A DNA stretch of 32,128 bases from contig NW_021832764.1 of the NCBI RefSeq assembly GCF_006345805.1, positions 1 through 32,128 on the forward strand, given 5' to 3'. A program made the position numbers and the translations under genes. The notes below the pieces were generated by a model. It was not told the DNA's origin. It saw only the letters and a list, made by a program, of their open reading frames with translations, and searched no databases. This document shows, piece by piece, positions 10,999 to 20,500 of the stretch; the stretch's first letter is position 1, and the number at the start of each line of letters is the position of its first letter. Source of the stretch: Octopus sinensis (taxonomy: Eukaryota).

Positions 10999-12027
10999 AT
11001 GGATCCTGATAAAAGTGCAACAGATGATGGCGGTGCTGGGGGTGGTGGAGATGGTGACGGTGGCGCTCCTGCTGCAAAAGTGGTGGCGACACCAGAGTAC
11101 AGCCCTGTGGCGTTTGCAAGGGTCTCCAGCATAGAAGAAGGCCCCCAGTTGATCTTCCGCAGGCCACCGACTGCTTTCACCGCCACACCCCAGGGAAAGG
11201 GCGAAGGTGACAGCAGTGCGCCTTCTGTCGCTTCGCAAGACAAGGACGAGAAGACAGACAGTGAGACAGAGAGAGGAAGGAGAAGCGGAGGAGGAGGAGA
11301 TGAAGGAGACCAACGAAAAGATGAAGAGCAGGAGCAACCGGAAGAGGAAGAAGATGATGATCATCATATTGTGAATGTCGGTGACAAGAATGGTGATGCT
11401 GATGATGATGATGGTGATGATGATGACGACAACGATGATGATGATGATGACAGCGATGATGATGATGATGATGACAGCGATGATGATGATGATGATGATG
11501 ATGATGACGATGATGATGACGATGGTGAAATAGAAGAAGCAGCTGAAGAAAGCATATCTGGAAGAAGCGATGTCAACATTGAAAGCGAGCCACTAGAGGG
11601 AGCAACTGGTACAGTCGAAGTCGCAGCCGTCAAACACTGGGAGGAGGAAGAGGAGGAGGAGAATGAAGAAGAAGAAGAAGAAGACGAAAAAGAAGCGAAA
11701 GAAGAACAACAACAACAGCAGCAGCAACAACAACAACAGGATGAGGAAGAAGAAGAGAAAGCCAAAGAAGGGGAGGAAGTGAAGAAAGAAAAGGTCGAAG
11801 AAGAGGAAAATGAGAAAGAAGAAGACGAAGAAGAGGAAGATGAAGAAGAAGAAGAAGAAGAAGAAGAAGAACCACAACAACAACAACAGCAGCAGCAGCA
11901 GCAGCTGCTGCAACAACTGCAAGAGGAAGAGGAAGCCAAAGAAGGAGAGGAAGTGGAGAAAGAAATGGTTGAAGAAAAGGAAGATGAGAAAGAAGAAGAC
12001 GAAGAAGAAGAAGAAGAAGATGATTGA
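10999..12027 (+). CDS. Segment 1 of a large acidic low-complexity protein exon (poly-D, poly-E, poly-Q)
   Basis: 342-codon ORF with non-repetitive coding-like parts (PAAKVVATPEYSPVAFARVSSIEEGPQLIFRRPP; ISGRSDVNIESEPLEG) and mixed synonymous codons in the runs; ends at an extra T in a GAT run. Confidence 0.65.
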   Translation: MDPDKSATDDGGAGGGGDGDGGAPAAKVVATPEYSPVAFARVSSIEEGPQLIFRRPPTAFTATPQGKGEGDSSAPSVASQDKDEKTDSETERGRRSGGGGDEGDQRKDEEQEQPEEEEDDDHHIVNVGDKNGDADDDDGDDDDDNDDDDDDSDDDDDDDSDDDDDDDDDDDDDDDGEIEEAAEESISGRSDVNIESEPLEGATGTVEVAAVKHWEEEEEEENEEEEEEDEKEAKEEQQQQQQQQQQQDEEEEEKAKEGEEVKKEKVEEEENEKEEDEEEEDEEEEEEEEEEPQQQQQQQQQQLLQQLQEEEEAKEGEEVEKEMVEEKEDEKEEDEEEEEEDD

Positions 12028-12448
12028 TGATGATAAAAGTGTCCTTAGAGAAGTAGAGGAAGAAATACTGAAGGCAGATAGGATAGAGAGAGACAGAAGA
12101 GGAGTGAAGGCAGGGAAAGAGACTGAAGGAAGAGAGGAGCAGAGAGAGAGGGAGGAAGAGGAGGAGGAGGAGAAAGAAACAGAAGGGGAGAAGGAGGAAG
12201 AGATTGAAGAAGCGGAGGAAAGAGAAGAAGCAAAGGATGAGGAGATGATAAGAGGAGGAGGAGGAGAAAGATTAAGAGAAGAAGGAGGAGAAGAAGAGGA
12301 AAAAGAAGAAGAAGAAGAAGAATTAGGAGGAGGAGGAAGAATAAAACAGCAACAACATGAAGTAACAGATAAAAGTGATCATGAAGAGGCGGAGGTGGAG
12401 GAGGATATTAAAGAAGAAGAAGAGGAAGAAGAAGAAGAAGAGGAAGAA

Positions 12449-12483
<35 letters not shown>

Positions 12484-12583
12484 AGAATTAGGAGGAGGAG
12501 GAGGAGGAAGAATAAAACAGCAACAACATGAAGTAACAGATAAAAGTGATCATGAAGAGGCGGAGGTGGAGGAGGATATTAAA

Positions 12584-12615
<32 letters not shown>

Positions 12616-12722
12616 AGAAGAAGAGGAAGAAGAATTAGGAGGAGGAGGAAGAATAAAACAGCAACAACATGAAGTAACAGATAAAAGTGATCATGAAGAG
12701 GCAGAGGTGGAGGAGGATATTA

Positions 12723-12765
<43 letters not shown>

Positions 12766-12948
12766 AGAATTAGGAGGAGGAGGAGAAAGATTAAGAGAAG
12801 AAGAAGAAGAAGAAGAAGAAGAAAAAGAAGCGGAAGAAGAAGAAGAATTAGGAGGAGGAGGAAGAATAAAACAGCAACAACATGAAGTAACAGATAAAAG
12901 TGATCATGAAGAGGTGGAGGTGGAGGAGGATATTAAAGAAGAAGTAGA
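12020..12948 (+). CDS. Segment 2 (+1 frame): Glu-rich region with four ELGGGGRIKQQQHEVTDKSDHEEAEVEEDIK repeats
   Basis: Part of ORF 11810-12976; the GAA/GAG-rich sense frame continues segment 1 composition; repeat cores at ~12320, 12485, 12632, 12845 keep frame. Confidence 0.6.
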
Positions 12949-15099
12949 GAAGAAGAAGAAGAGGATTTCAATATAGATGATTGGCAATTAGGGAGCAAGC
13001 CGTACCCGATCTCTGACCAATGGAACTTGTCCGATTCTTTGAGTACCTGCGACACGGCAGAACTTTTAGACACAGTGGCAGACGAGTGCAAGTCAGGAAT
13101 TGTTGCCAGAGACAGCGAGGCGGAGGAGGAGGAGGAAGAGGAGGAGGAAGGGGCAGAGAAAAGACCCAGCGACTCTGATTCTGAGAGTGACCTTGCATCG
13201 TTAGTCTTTGTGCCGCAGTCGACTAAACTAACTGGTCTCCATGACAACAGCGATGTTTTGAGTTTAGACAGCAGTTTGGCATCGCAAGATTTGGCCCCGC
13301 TATCTGGCAGAAGCAGCAGTCTGCGTAGAAACAGGTCTCCCTTAACCTCGGATAATGACGATTTGACTTCCCCGGTTTTGAACCCACAACCCAGCCGAAT
13401 CGGTCATCTTCGTGATGACAGCGATGCCTTCAGTTTCGATAGTGACATGACGTCAGCACTTTTGGCTTCGCTACCTGACACAGGTGGCAGTCTCCGTGAC
13501 AACAACATCACAAGTCGAGAAAGGAAGCCGGTGTCGTCACTTTTTACCCCGCAAACCAACAAAATGGCCGGTCTCCATGACGATGACATCTCAAGCGTAA
13601 ACAGTGACCTGACGTCATCGCTTTTGGCTCCAGAACCCAACAGAATCGATGATGTTCGTGATGATGATGAGCTGAGTTTAGACAGTGAGCTGACAGCAAA
13701 CCTCGTGGCTCCAGAATCCCAAAGAGTTGATGATCTCCCAGACGATGACGTCTTGAGCTTAGACAGTGACCTGACATCGGTCCTTTTGGCTCCACCGTCC
13801 CACAGAGTCGAAGATCCCCATGATGATCACGTCTCGAGTTTAGGCAGTAAACTGACATCACCTCGTTTGGCTCCGCGACCTAATAGAATCAACAATCTTC
13901 CAGATGATGATGATGTCTTGAGCTTAGACAGTGAGCTGACATCGGCCCTCATGGCTCCACCGTCCCACAAAGTCAAAAATCTCCATGATGGTGCTGTCTC
14001 GAGTTTAGGCAGTAAACTGACATCAACCCGTTTGGCTCCGCGACCTAACAGGATCGACGATTTCACAGATGACGATGATGTCTTGAGCTTAGACAGTGAG
14101 CTGACATCGGCCCTCATGGCTCCACCATCCCACAAAGTCAAAAATCTCCGTGATGGTGCTGTCTCGAGTTTAGGAAGTAAACTGACATCACCTCGTTTGG
14201 CTCCGCGACCTAACAGGATCGATGACCTCACAGATGACGATGATGTCTTGAGCTTAGACAGTGAGCTGACATCGGCCCTCTTGGCTCCACCATCCCACAA
14301 AGTCAAAAATTTCCATGCTGATCCTGTCTCGAGTTTAGGCAGTAAACTGACATCACCTCGTTTGGCTCCGCGACCTAACAGGATCGATGACCTCACAGAT
14401 GACGATGATGTCTTGAGCATAGAGAGTGAGCTGACATCGGCCCTCTTGGCACCACAGCACCATAGACTCAGTGAATTACTTGACAGCAACAACGAAGATG
14501 ATGATTCCAGCATAGATAGTAACTTACCATTATCTAATCCGGTTTTGCAATCAGGAAGAATTAGCAGGCTTAGCATTGTTGATACAATCAATGACATCCG
14601 AAGGTCACCAGTTCCAACTCTGCAGCCCTCAAGGACAATCAGGACCCAAAGTAAGCCAACCACAATAGGATCTTGGCCAACAGTGGCCAGTTCCAAAGCT
14701 GAACCTCAAGACTGGAGCTTGAATATCGGTACCTGGGTACCCAAATTGACTTCAACAATGACTACTCCAAAGAATATGAGATCTGCTACGGGAAGCAAGA
14801 AAAGGACCGATCCCTTGCTTAAAACTGCACATCGACACAATCCAATATTTGAACAGCAAACTGATTCCAGGTATAAACCAAAGTCGAAGCAGAAACCTAT
14901 TTCCAGACCAAATCCCAGAGACAAACATGAAGTTGAGTCGTTACCAAGAGAGAATGGTCCGTCTCCAAGAATGCCAACCCTGTTCCAGTTTAGACGTCAG
15001 CCAGATCCACTGGATCACTCCATATTTCTAACCCAGATACAAAGCAAGCTACCCATGGGGTACTATTTAGATGATGATGAAGATTTCGGTGAGAAAAAG
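12949..15099 (+). CDS. Segment 3: Asp/Ser/Leu/Pro-rich repeat domain and basic tail, ending at a splice donor; uncharacterised protein
   Basis: Frame open from 12937 to 15144 (same frame as segment 1); frame-preserving 81/84-bp repeats; AAG|GTAAGC donor at 15099/15100 followed by an abrupt switch to AT-rich intron-like sequence. Confidence 0.85.
13168..14575 (+). repeat. Coding tandem repeat: ~17 monomers of 27-28 aa; four 165-bp (55-aa) dimers
   Basis: gtcttgagc (VLS) recurs at 13750, 13915, 14080, 14245, 14410 (exact 165 bp period); diverged monomers on both flanks. Confidence 0.95.
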
Positions 15100-15105
15100 G
15101 TAAGC
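15097..15105 (+). other. 5' splice donor (phase 0)
   Basis: AAG|GTAAGC consensus at the end of the long ORF. Confidence 0.8.
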
Positions 15106-15531
15106 AACTTTGAATTGTATTTCGTTTGTTTTTTAAGGAATTAATTTTATTTGTTTCTAATTCCTAATTGGTAAACAATGTGCCCAATACTAGTCTTGGA
15201 TTTCAAAATAACTAATTACTGATTTACTGCACTTCCGAGGGGGTGATACTGACAAGGGAGTGTCTGTAGCCCGGTGTGGAACAAATATCACATGGGAGAC
15301 TGCTTCTGTTTTGTTTTTCAGCTTTTCTTTTCTTGCCAATGTTTTGCATTTTTTTCAGCAAATCACACACATACACACTCATATGCACACGCATGTACGC
15401 ATATTCACACACACGTGCATACATACATGTCTATGTGTATGTTTACGCTTGTATGTGTGTGTCCATGTGTATGTACATGTATATTAAATTTGCATATAGG
15501 TATATATATATGTGTGTGTACGTGTGCATAC

Positions 15532-15595
15532 CTCATCATCATCATCATCATCATCATCATTTAATATCCATTGTCCATGCTGGCATGGGTTGCTG
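15532..15595 (-). mobile_element. Family B stub with (CAT)n
   Basis: catcatcat...ttaatatccattgtccatgctggcatgggttg. Confidence 0.6.
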
Positions 15596-15745
15596 ACCGT
15601 ATACATGTATCCAACAGAGGTAACAGCTCTCTGAATTTCTTCCATTCTATTCTTATTCTAGCTATCACACTCTCTATGCATCTTCCCCTACTGCTAATTT
15701 GGTCCGCTAGGTAGCAGAAATTATCTGCTACCGTTAATGAGCATA

Positions 15746-16296
15746 TAATAATAATATAATGAAATTATTGTATACAGTGCTCAGGTGCACCACAACTTGT
15801 CAGAAAGTGCATATAAAGTACATGCAGTAATGTAGAAATGTCTAGAAAGCGAACAATGTATGAGTCAGATACATGCTTGTGAGTGTATGGAGGGGAGAAA
15901 ATCAAGTGTAGTGTTGGCGAATCTCAGGAAGCATGGAAGTTTTGAAGGATGCAGTGCTCCGACAACTAACAACTGATGCCGGCAGTTTGTTCCATGCTTC
16001 AGCGTGTGTATGGAGGGGAAGAGAAGATCAGGTGTAGTGTTGGCGAATCTCAGGAAGCATGGAAGTTTTGAAGGATGCAGTGCTCCGACAACTAACAACT
16101 GATGCCGGCAGTTTGTTCCATGCTTCAGCGTGTGTATGGAGGGGAGAAGATCAGGTGTCGTGTTGGCGAATCCCAGGAAGCATGGAAGTTTTGAAGGATG
16201 CAGTGCTCCGACAACTAACAACTGATGCCGGCAGTTTGTTCCATGCTTCAGCAACTCTCAGCGTGAAAAAATGTTTCCTGAAGTCATGGGAGCTGA
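15746..16296 (-). mobile_element. CR1/L2-like LINE 3' end with internal triplication
   Basis: Homologous to 4500-4830; 123-126 bp unit starts at 15883, 16006, 16132. Confidence 0.85.
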
Positions 16297-16605
16297 CACA
16301 CACATGCAGACATACATGAGTGAATGAAGAAACAAATGAAAGAATGTGGCACTCAGCACAAATTTGTTGAAGTTACATGAAATTTAACAACTGTCTGACG
16401 AAGCTCCACATTGCTTAAAGCCTTATGTGCCTACAGAACCCATCCACTCCTACAAACATTCAGAGACTGAGTCGAGAGAATTATGTAAAAGAAATTTAAA
16501 ATGGCTTCCATTGGTCAATTCAAGTCACATGACTGCTTTTGCTATCAGAGTGACTTTATTGTTGAGCTCCATTTTTTTTCCTTTTTCCACGCGATTATGG
16601 ATTAG

Positions 16606-16660
16606 ACCAGCATTCCTCAATCAGGGTGCACTGGGCCCTTGGGTGTCCATATAAGATTTT
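16606..16660. mobile_element. Possible hAT-type MITE terminus
   Basis: cagcattcctcaatcaggg resembles CAGtGGTTCTCAACC-type TIRs; no partner TIR found. Confidence 0.25.
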
Positions 16661-16988
16661 GTTAAAATTTATCTGCTATACATTGGTTATACTTCTAAAA
16701 TACCTGAAATATTTTAATGCTTGTGTAAATGTAAATAAACAAATATTTGTTCTTTTATTAGAAGTTTCAAAAATGTCTATTCTATGATACAAATGATACA
16801 ATTTCGAACACAAAGTTGCCATGTATTGCTGCTGTTCTAATGGCAAATCTGTGTTCGAAAAAATATCATCTTATTTTAAAGTTTTCATTTTTTTTTTATA
16901 CAATTGTTAATAATATTTAATTATAAAAATACACATTATTTACATTATTTACATTTGATGGATATTTGTCCTCATCTTGTTTCTTGTT

Positions 16989-17034
16989 AACACAACATTT
17001 CGGTTGATATACCTTCCAACATTCTTCAGGTGTC
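16989..17034 (-). ncRNA. Degenerate copy of the hammerhead motif
   Basis: Minus strand GACAC-CUGAAGA-A-UGUUG(gaaggtatat)CAACC-GAAAU-GUU-GUGUU; GAAAC>GAAAU and a stem II mismatch. Confidence 0.55.
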
Positions 17035-17061
17035 TTGGGGAAATTTCGAACCTGGGTTCTC

Positions 17062-17092
<31 letters not shown>

Positions 17093-17113
17093 TTATTGTT
17101 ATTATTGTTATTA

Positions 17114-17151
<38 letters not shown>

Positions 17152-17186
17152 TAGTTAGTAACCTGCACTCTTGACCACTATGCCAT

Positions 17187-17464
17187 ATGTCGTAGTCGTT
17201 AAGAGCATGGGCTACTAACCCCAAGATTCCAAGTTCGATTCCAGGCAGTGACCTGAATAACAACAACAACAACAACAACAACAACAATAATAATAATAAT
17301 AATAATTATGATAATAATATCATCGAAAAATACCTTAGGAATGAGAATCCAGGTTTCAAATTTCCCCAAGACACCTGATGAAGGTTGGAGGGTATATCAG
17401 CCGAAACGTTGTGTTAACAACAAACAAGATGAGGACAAATATCTGTCAAATGTAAATAATGTGT
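17187..17464 (+). mobile_element. tRNA-headed SINE-like element with 3' hammerhead-ribozyme motif
   Basis: A-box-like (mirror copy reads TGGCATAGTGG), anticodon-arm-like gggctactaaccc, B box AGTTCGATTCC (17232-17242), (AAC/AAT)n linker, then CTGATGA...GAAAC. Confidence 0.7.
17370..17415 (+). ncRNA. Minimal type I hammerhead ribozyme motif
   Basis: GACAC-CUGAUGA-A-GGUUG(gagggtatat)CAGCC-GAAAC-GUU-GUGUU: stem I 5 bp, intact core, stem II 5 bp, palindromic AACGUU in place of stem III. Confidence 0.75.
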
Positions 17465-17809
17465 ATACAGAATAGTACAGCAACAATTATCTCTGCCGAT
17501 CAATGCACTGTTAGTGAATTTGGTACATGGAAACTGTGTGGAAGCCCATCACATATGTGTGTTTGTGTGTGTGTGTTTGCAAGTGTATGTGTGTTTATGC
17601 TTGTCCCACTGACTGCTTGACAGCCTGTGTTGGTTTGTTTGTGTTCCTGTAGCTTAGTAGTTCAGCAAAAAAGATTGATGGAGTAAGTACTGGGGTGGGG
17701 GTGTCAATCCTTGAAGGTGGTGCCCCAGCCTGGTCACAGTGCAATGACACACACATACACACACGTACACGTAATTAGAGGGGTGGGTTGATTCTTCTCT
17801 TTCTCTGAG

Positions 17810-17893
17810 CCATTCTTTCTGACCCCCTGGAAGAAATCGACCGCGGTCAAACCTGGGGAGGGATGAAGGCCACAACATCTAAAAATGCTCCAG
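17810..17893 (+). CDS. Candidate 84-bp internal exon (ILSDPLEEIDRGQTWGGMKATTSKNAP)
   Basis: Polypyrimidine tract plus atypical GAG acceptor, open frame, strong CAG|GTATGC donor; phase does not join directly to the 15099 donor. Confidence 0.25.
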
Positions 17894-18000
17894 GTATGCC
17901 ACATGTCAGGACAGCACTGCTGTGAATACATCGTCAAGTAATTAAGGGCCCAGAACTTGGCATGGCACAACTGAACATGTATGTGAGGGCACGATGGGTT

Positions 18001-18420
18001 ACGTGTGTGTTTATACGTATATGTGGGTATATATACATGTGTGTATGTGTTTATACATATATGTGGGTGTATATACATGTGTGTGTGTGTATGTGTTTAT
18101 ACGTATATGTGGGTATATATACATGTGTGTATGTGTTTATACATATATGTGGGTGTATATACATGTGTGTGTGTGTCTGTGTTTATACGTATATGTGGGT
18201 ATATATACATGTGTGTATGTGTTTATACATATATGTGGGTATATATACATGTGTGTATGTGTTTATACGTATATGTGGGTATATATACATGTGTGTGTGT
18301 TTATATGTATATGTGGGTATATATACATGTGTGTATGTGTTTATACATATATGTGGGTATATATACATGTGTGTGTGTTTATATGTATATGTGGGTATAT
18401 ATACATGTGTGTGTATGTGT
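18001..18420. repeat. 38-46 bp minisatellite, 10 copies
   Basis: gtgggt(a/g)tatatacatg recurs at 18023, 18063, 18109, 18149, 18195, 18235, 18275, 18313, 18353, 18391. Confidence 0.95.
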
Positions 18421-18454
18421 ATCTATTTGTATATGTGATTCTTCCTTTTACATT

Positions 18455-18585
18455 TGTACTTTATTCAGTTATTTGACTGTGGCCATGCTGGAGCACCACC
18501 TTTAGTCGAACAAATCGACCCCAGGACTTATTCTTTGTAAGCCTAGTACTTATTCTATCAGTCTCTTTTGCCGAACCGCTAAGTT
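18455..18585 (-). mobile_element. SINE family A, 3' fragment
   Basis: Matches the family A tail. Confidence 0.8.
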
Positions 18586-18877
18586 AGCTGAGTAAATGAG
18601 GTGAAATAGTCTCGTTAACTTGAGGTTGTTATGCAATTTACCTGGACATCATGTGGCTTTTGATTTTGCTCAACTAAAGGTGGTGTACTGGGGTTGATCT
18701 AATCAACTGGCCCCCACCTCCCCAAAAATTTCAAGCCTAGAGTAGAAAAGAATATTCATTTTTTTATCACTTGGTCATTAGGAGCTTGAACAAGTCCCTC
18801 AACTGTTTTCATGACCCCCACTACACAAGGCTGCATAAACTTCAGGCCTTCTGCTTTTAGTAGAAAGGATTATTATT

Positions 18878-18913
<36 letters not shown>

Positions 18914-18921
18914 ATTGTTAT

Positions 18922-19308
18922 TACTCTTTTACTCTTTTACTTGTTTCAGTCATTTGACTGCGGCCATGCTGGAGCACCGCCTTTAATCGAGCAACTCGAC
19001 CCCAGGACTTATTCTTTGTAAGCCCAGTACTTATTCTATCGGTCTCTTTTGCCGAACCGCTAAGTAACGGGGACATAAACACACCGGCATCGGTTGTCAA
19101 GCAATGCTAGGGGGACAAACACACACACACATACATATATATAAATACATATATACGATGGGCTTCTTTCAGTTTCCGTCTACCAAATCCACTCACAAGG
19201 CATTGGTCGGCCCGAGGCTATAGCAGAAGACACTTGCCCAAGATGCCACGCAGTGGGACTGAACCCGGAACCATGTGGTTGGTAAGCAAGCTACTTACCA
19301 CACAGCCA
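18922..19308 (-). mobile_element. SINE family A, nearly full length
   Basis: Near-identical to 5950-6365, lacking the extreme 5' end. Confidence 0.9.
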
Positions 19309-19596
19309 GAAATAATAAAAATTAATATAGAAAGATGAGCAAAATGTGATAAAGATTAAAGAGGCTTCAAGATTAAGCAGCAGGTGTGTGATTAATCAAG
19401 GCATACCTGATTAAGTAGGCTTGCTTGATTAACTATATGTCCTGGAATTAATTTTTATTTCAACAGAAAATTTGAAAGAATGATTGGGTGCTCAAACTTA
19501 GATCAACAAAGGAGAAGCAAAGGTGCAGGGGTGTGTGTGTGGGGGGGGGGCATCCCGTTGTGGGGGAATTTCTTCAATCAATACGTCTCACAAGAG

Positions 19597-19835
19597 GTGA
19601 TGATGATGATGATGATGGGTGGTGGTGGTGGTGGTGGTGGTAGTGATGATGGTGGTGGTGGTGGTGGTGGTGTTGGTGGTGGTGGTGTTGGTGGTGGTGG
19701 TGTTGGTGATGGTGATGATGATGATGATGATGGGTGGTAGTGGAGGTGGTGGTGATGATGATGGGTGGTGGTGGTGGTGATGGTGGTGATGGTGGTGATG
19801 ATGATGATGATGATGATACAGCAGCAGCAGCAGCA
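19597..19835. repeat. (GAT)/(GGT)/(CAG) compound trinucleotide repeat
   Basis: Directly visible. Confidence 0.95.
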
Positions 19836-19956
19836 GAGATGACAATAATAACAAAACTATTTGGGACACTGGGAGACATTTACAAATATGTTGACAAGAT
19901 TTGTCAATTCTAAATCTCACCACAGTTTCCCATTCACAGGATTAAAATGGAGCAAC

Positions 19957-19992
<36 letters not shown>

Positions 19993-20059
19993 GGCAGTGA
20001 GCTGGCAGAATCGTTAGCATGCTGGATTAAATACTTAAGAAGATGATCCATCAAGCCGA

Positions 20060-20500
20060 GCAAAAGTGCAGTCGTGGCAGAGACTGGTGTCATGCAAATT
20101 GGCACCTGTGCCAGTGACACATAAATGCACCCTGGTGTCATGCAAATGGCACCCATACCAGTGATACAAGAAAGCACCCACTACACTCTGCAGAGTGGTT
20201 GGTGTTAGGAAGGACATCCAGCAATAGGAAACCATGCCAAATCAGACTGCATTCTGGTGCAGCCTTCCAGCTTGCCAGCCCTGGTCAAACTGTCCAGCCC
20301 ATGCCAGCATGGACAACAGACGTTAAATGATGATGATGATGGTGGTGGTGGTGGTGGTATTGGTGGTGGTGGTGGTGGTGGTGATGATGGTGGTAGTGGT
20401 GGTGCTGGTGGTAATGATGATGGTGGTGGTGCTGGTGACGGTGGTGGTGGTGGTAGTGCTGGTGGTGGTGATGATGGTGGTGGTGGTGGTGGTGGTGGTG
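20060..20500 (+). mobile_element. Family B element whose (GAT)n tail runs into a ~170-bp (GGT)n tract
   Basis: gttaggaaggacatccagc...cgttaaatgatgatgatgatggtggtggt. Confidence 0.8.

Larger units (their letters stand above)
16932..17464. repeat. ~530-bp imperfect palindrome (head-to-head inverted duplication centred at 17186/17187)
   Basis: 16942-17063 is the reverse complement of 17341-17462; (ATT/GTT)n pairs with (AAC/AAT)n; the tRNA-like head is mirrored around gccat|atgtc. Confidence 0.9.

Noticed and set aside
11810-12019. Poly-Lys N-terminus of the 388-aa ORF
   Set aside because: Out-of-frame reading of GAA runs that encode Glu in segment 1.
12025-12036. Stop read-through by A-to-I editing
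   Set aside because: Four consecutive stops (TGA TGA TGA TAA) and more downstream; a frameshift in a GAT run explains it more simply.
13827-14696. 289-aa minus-strand ORF (also 10770-11243, 11364-11939)
   Set aside because: Antisense shadow of the repetitive plus-strand exon; stops are absent because of repeat composition.
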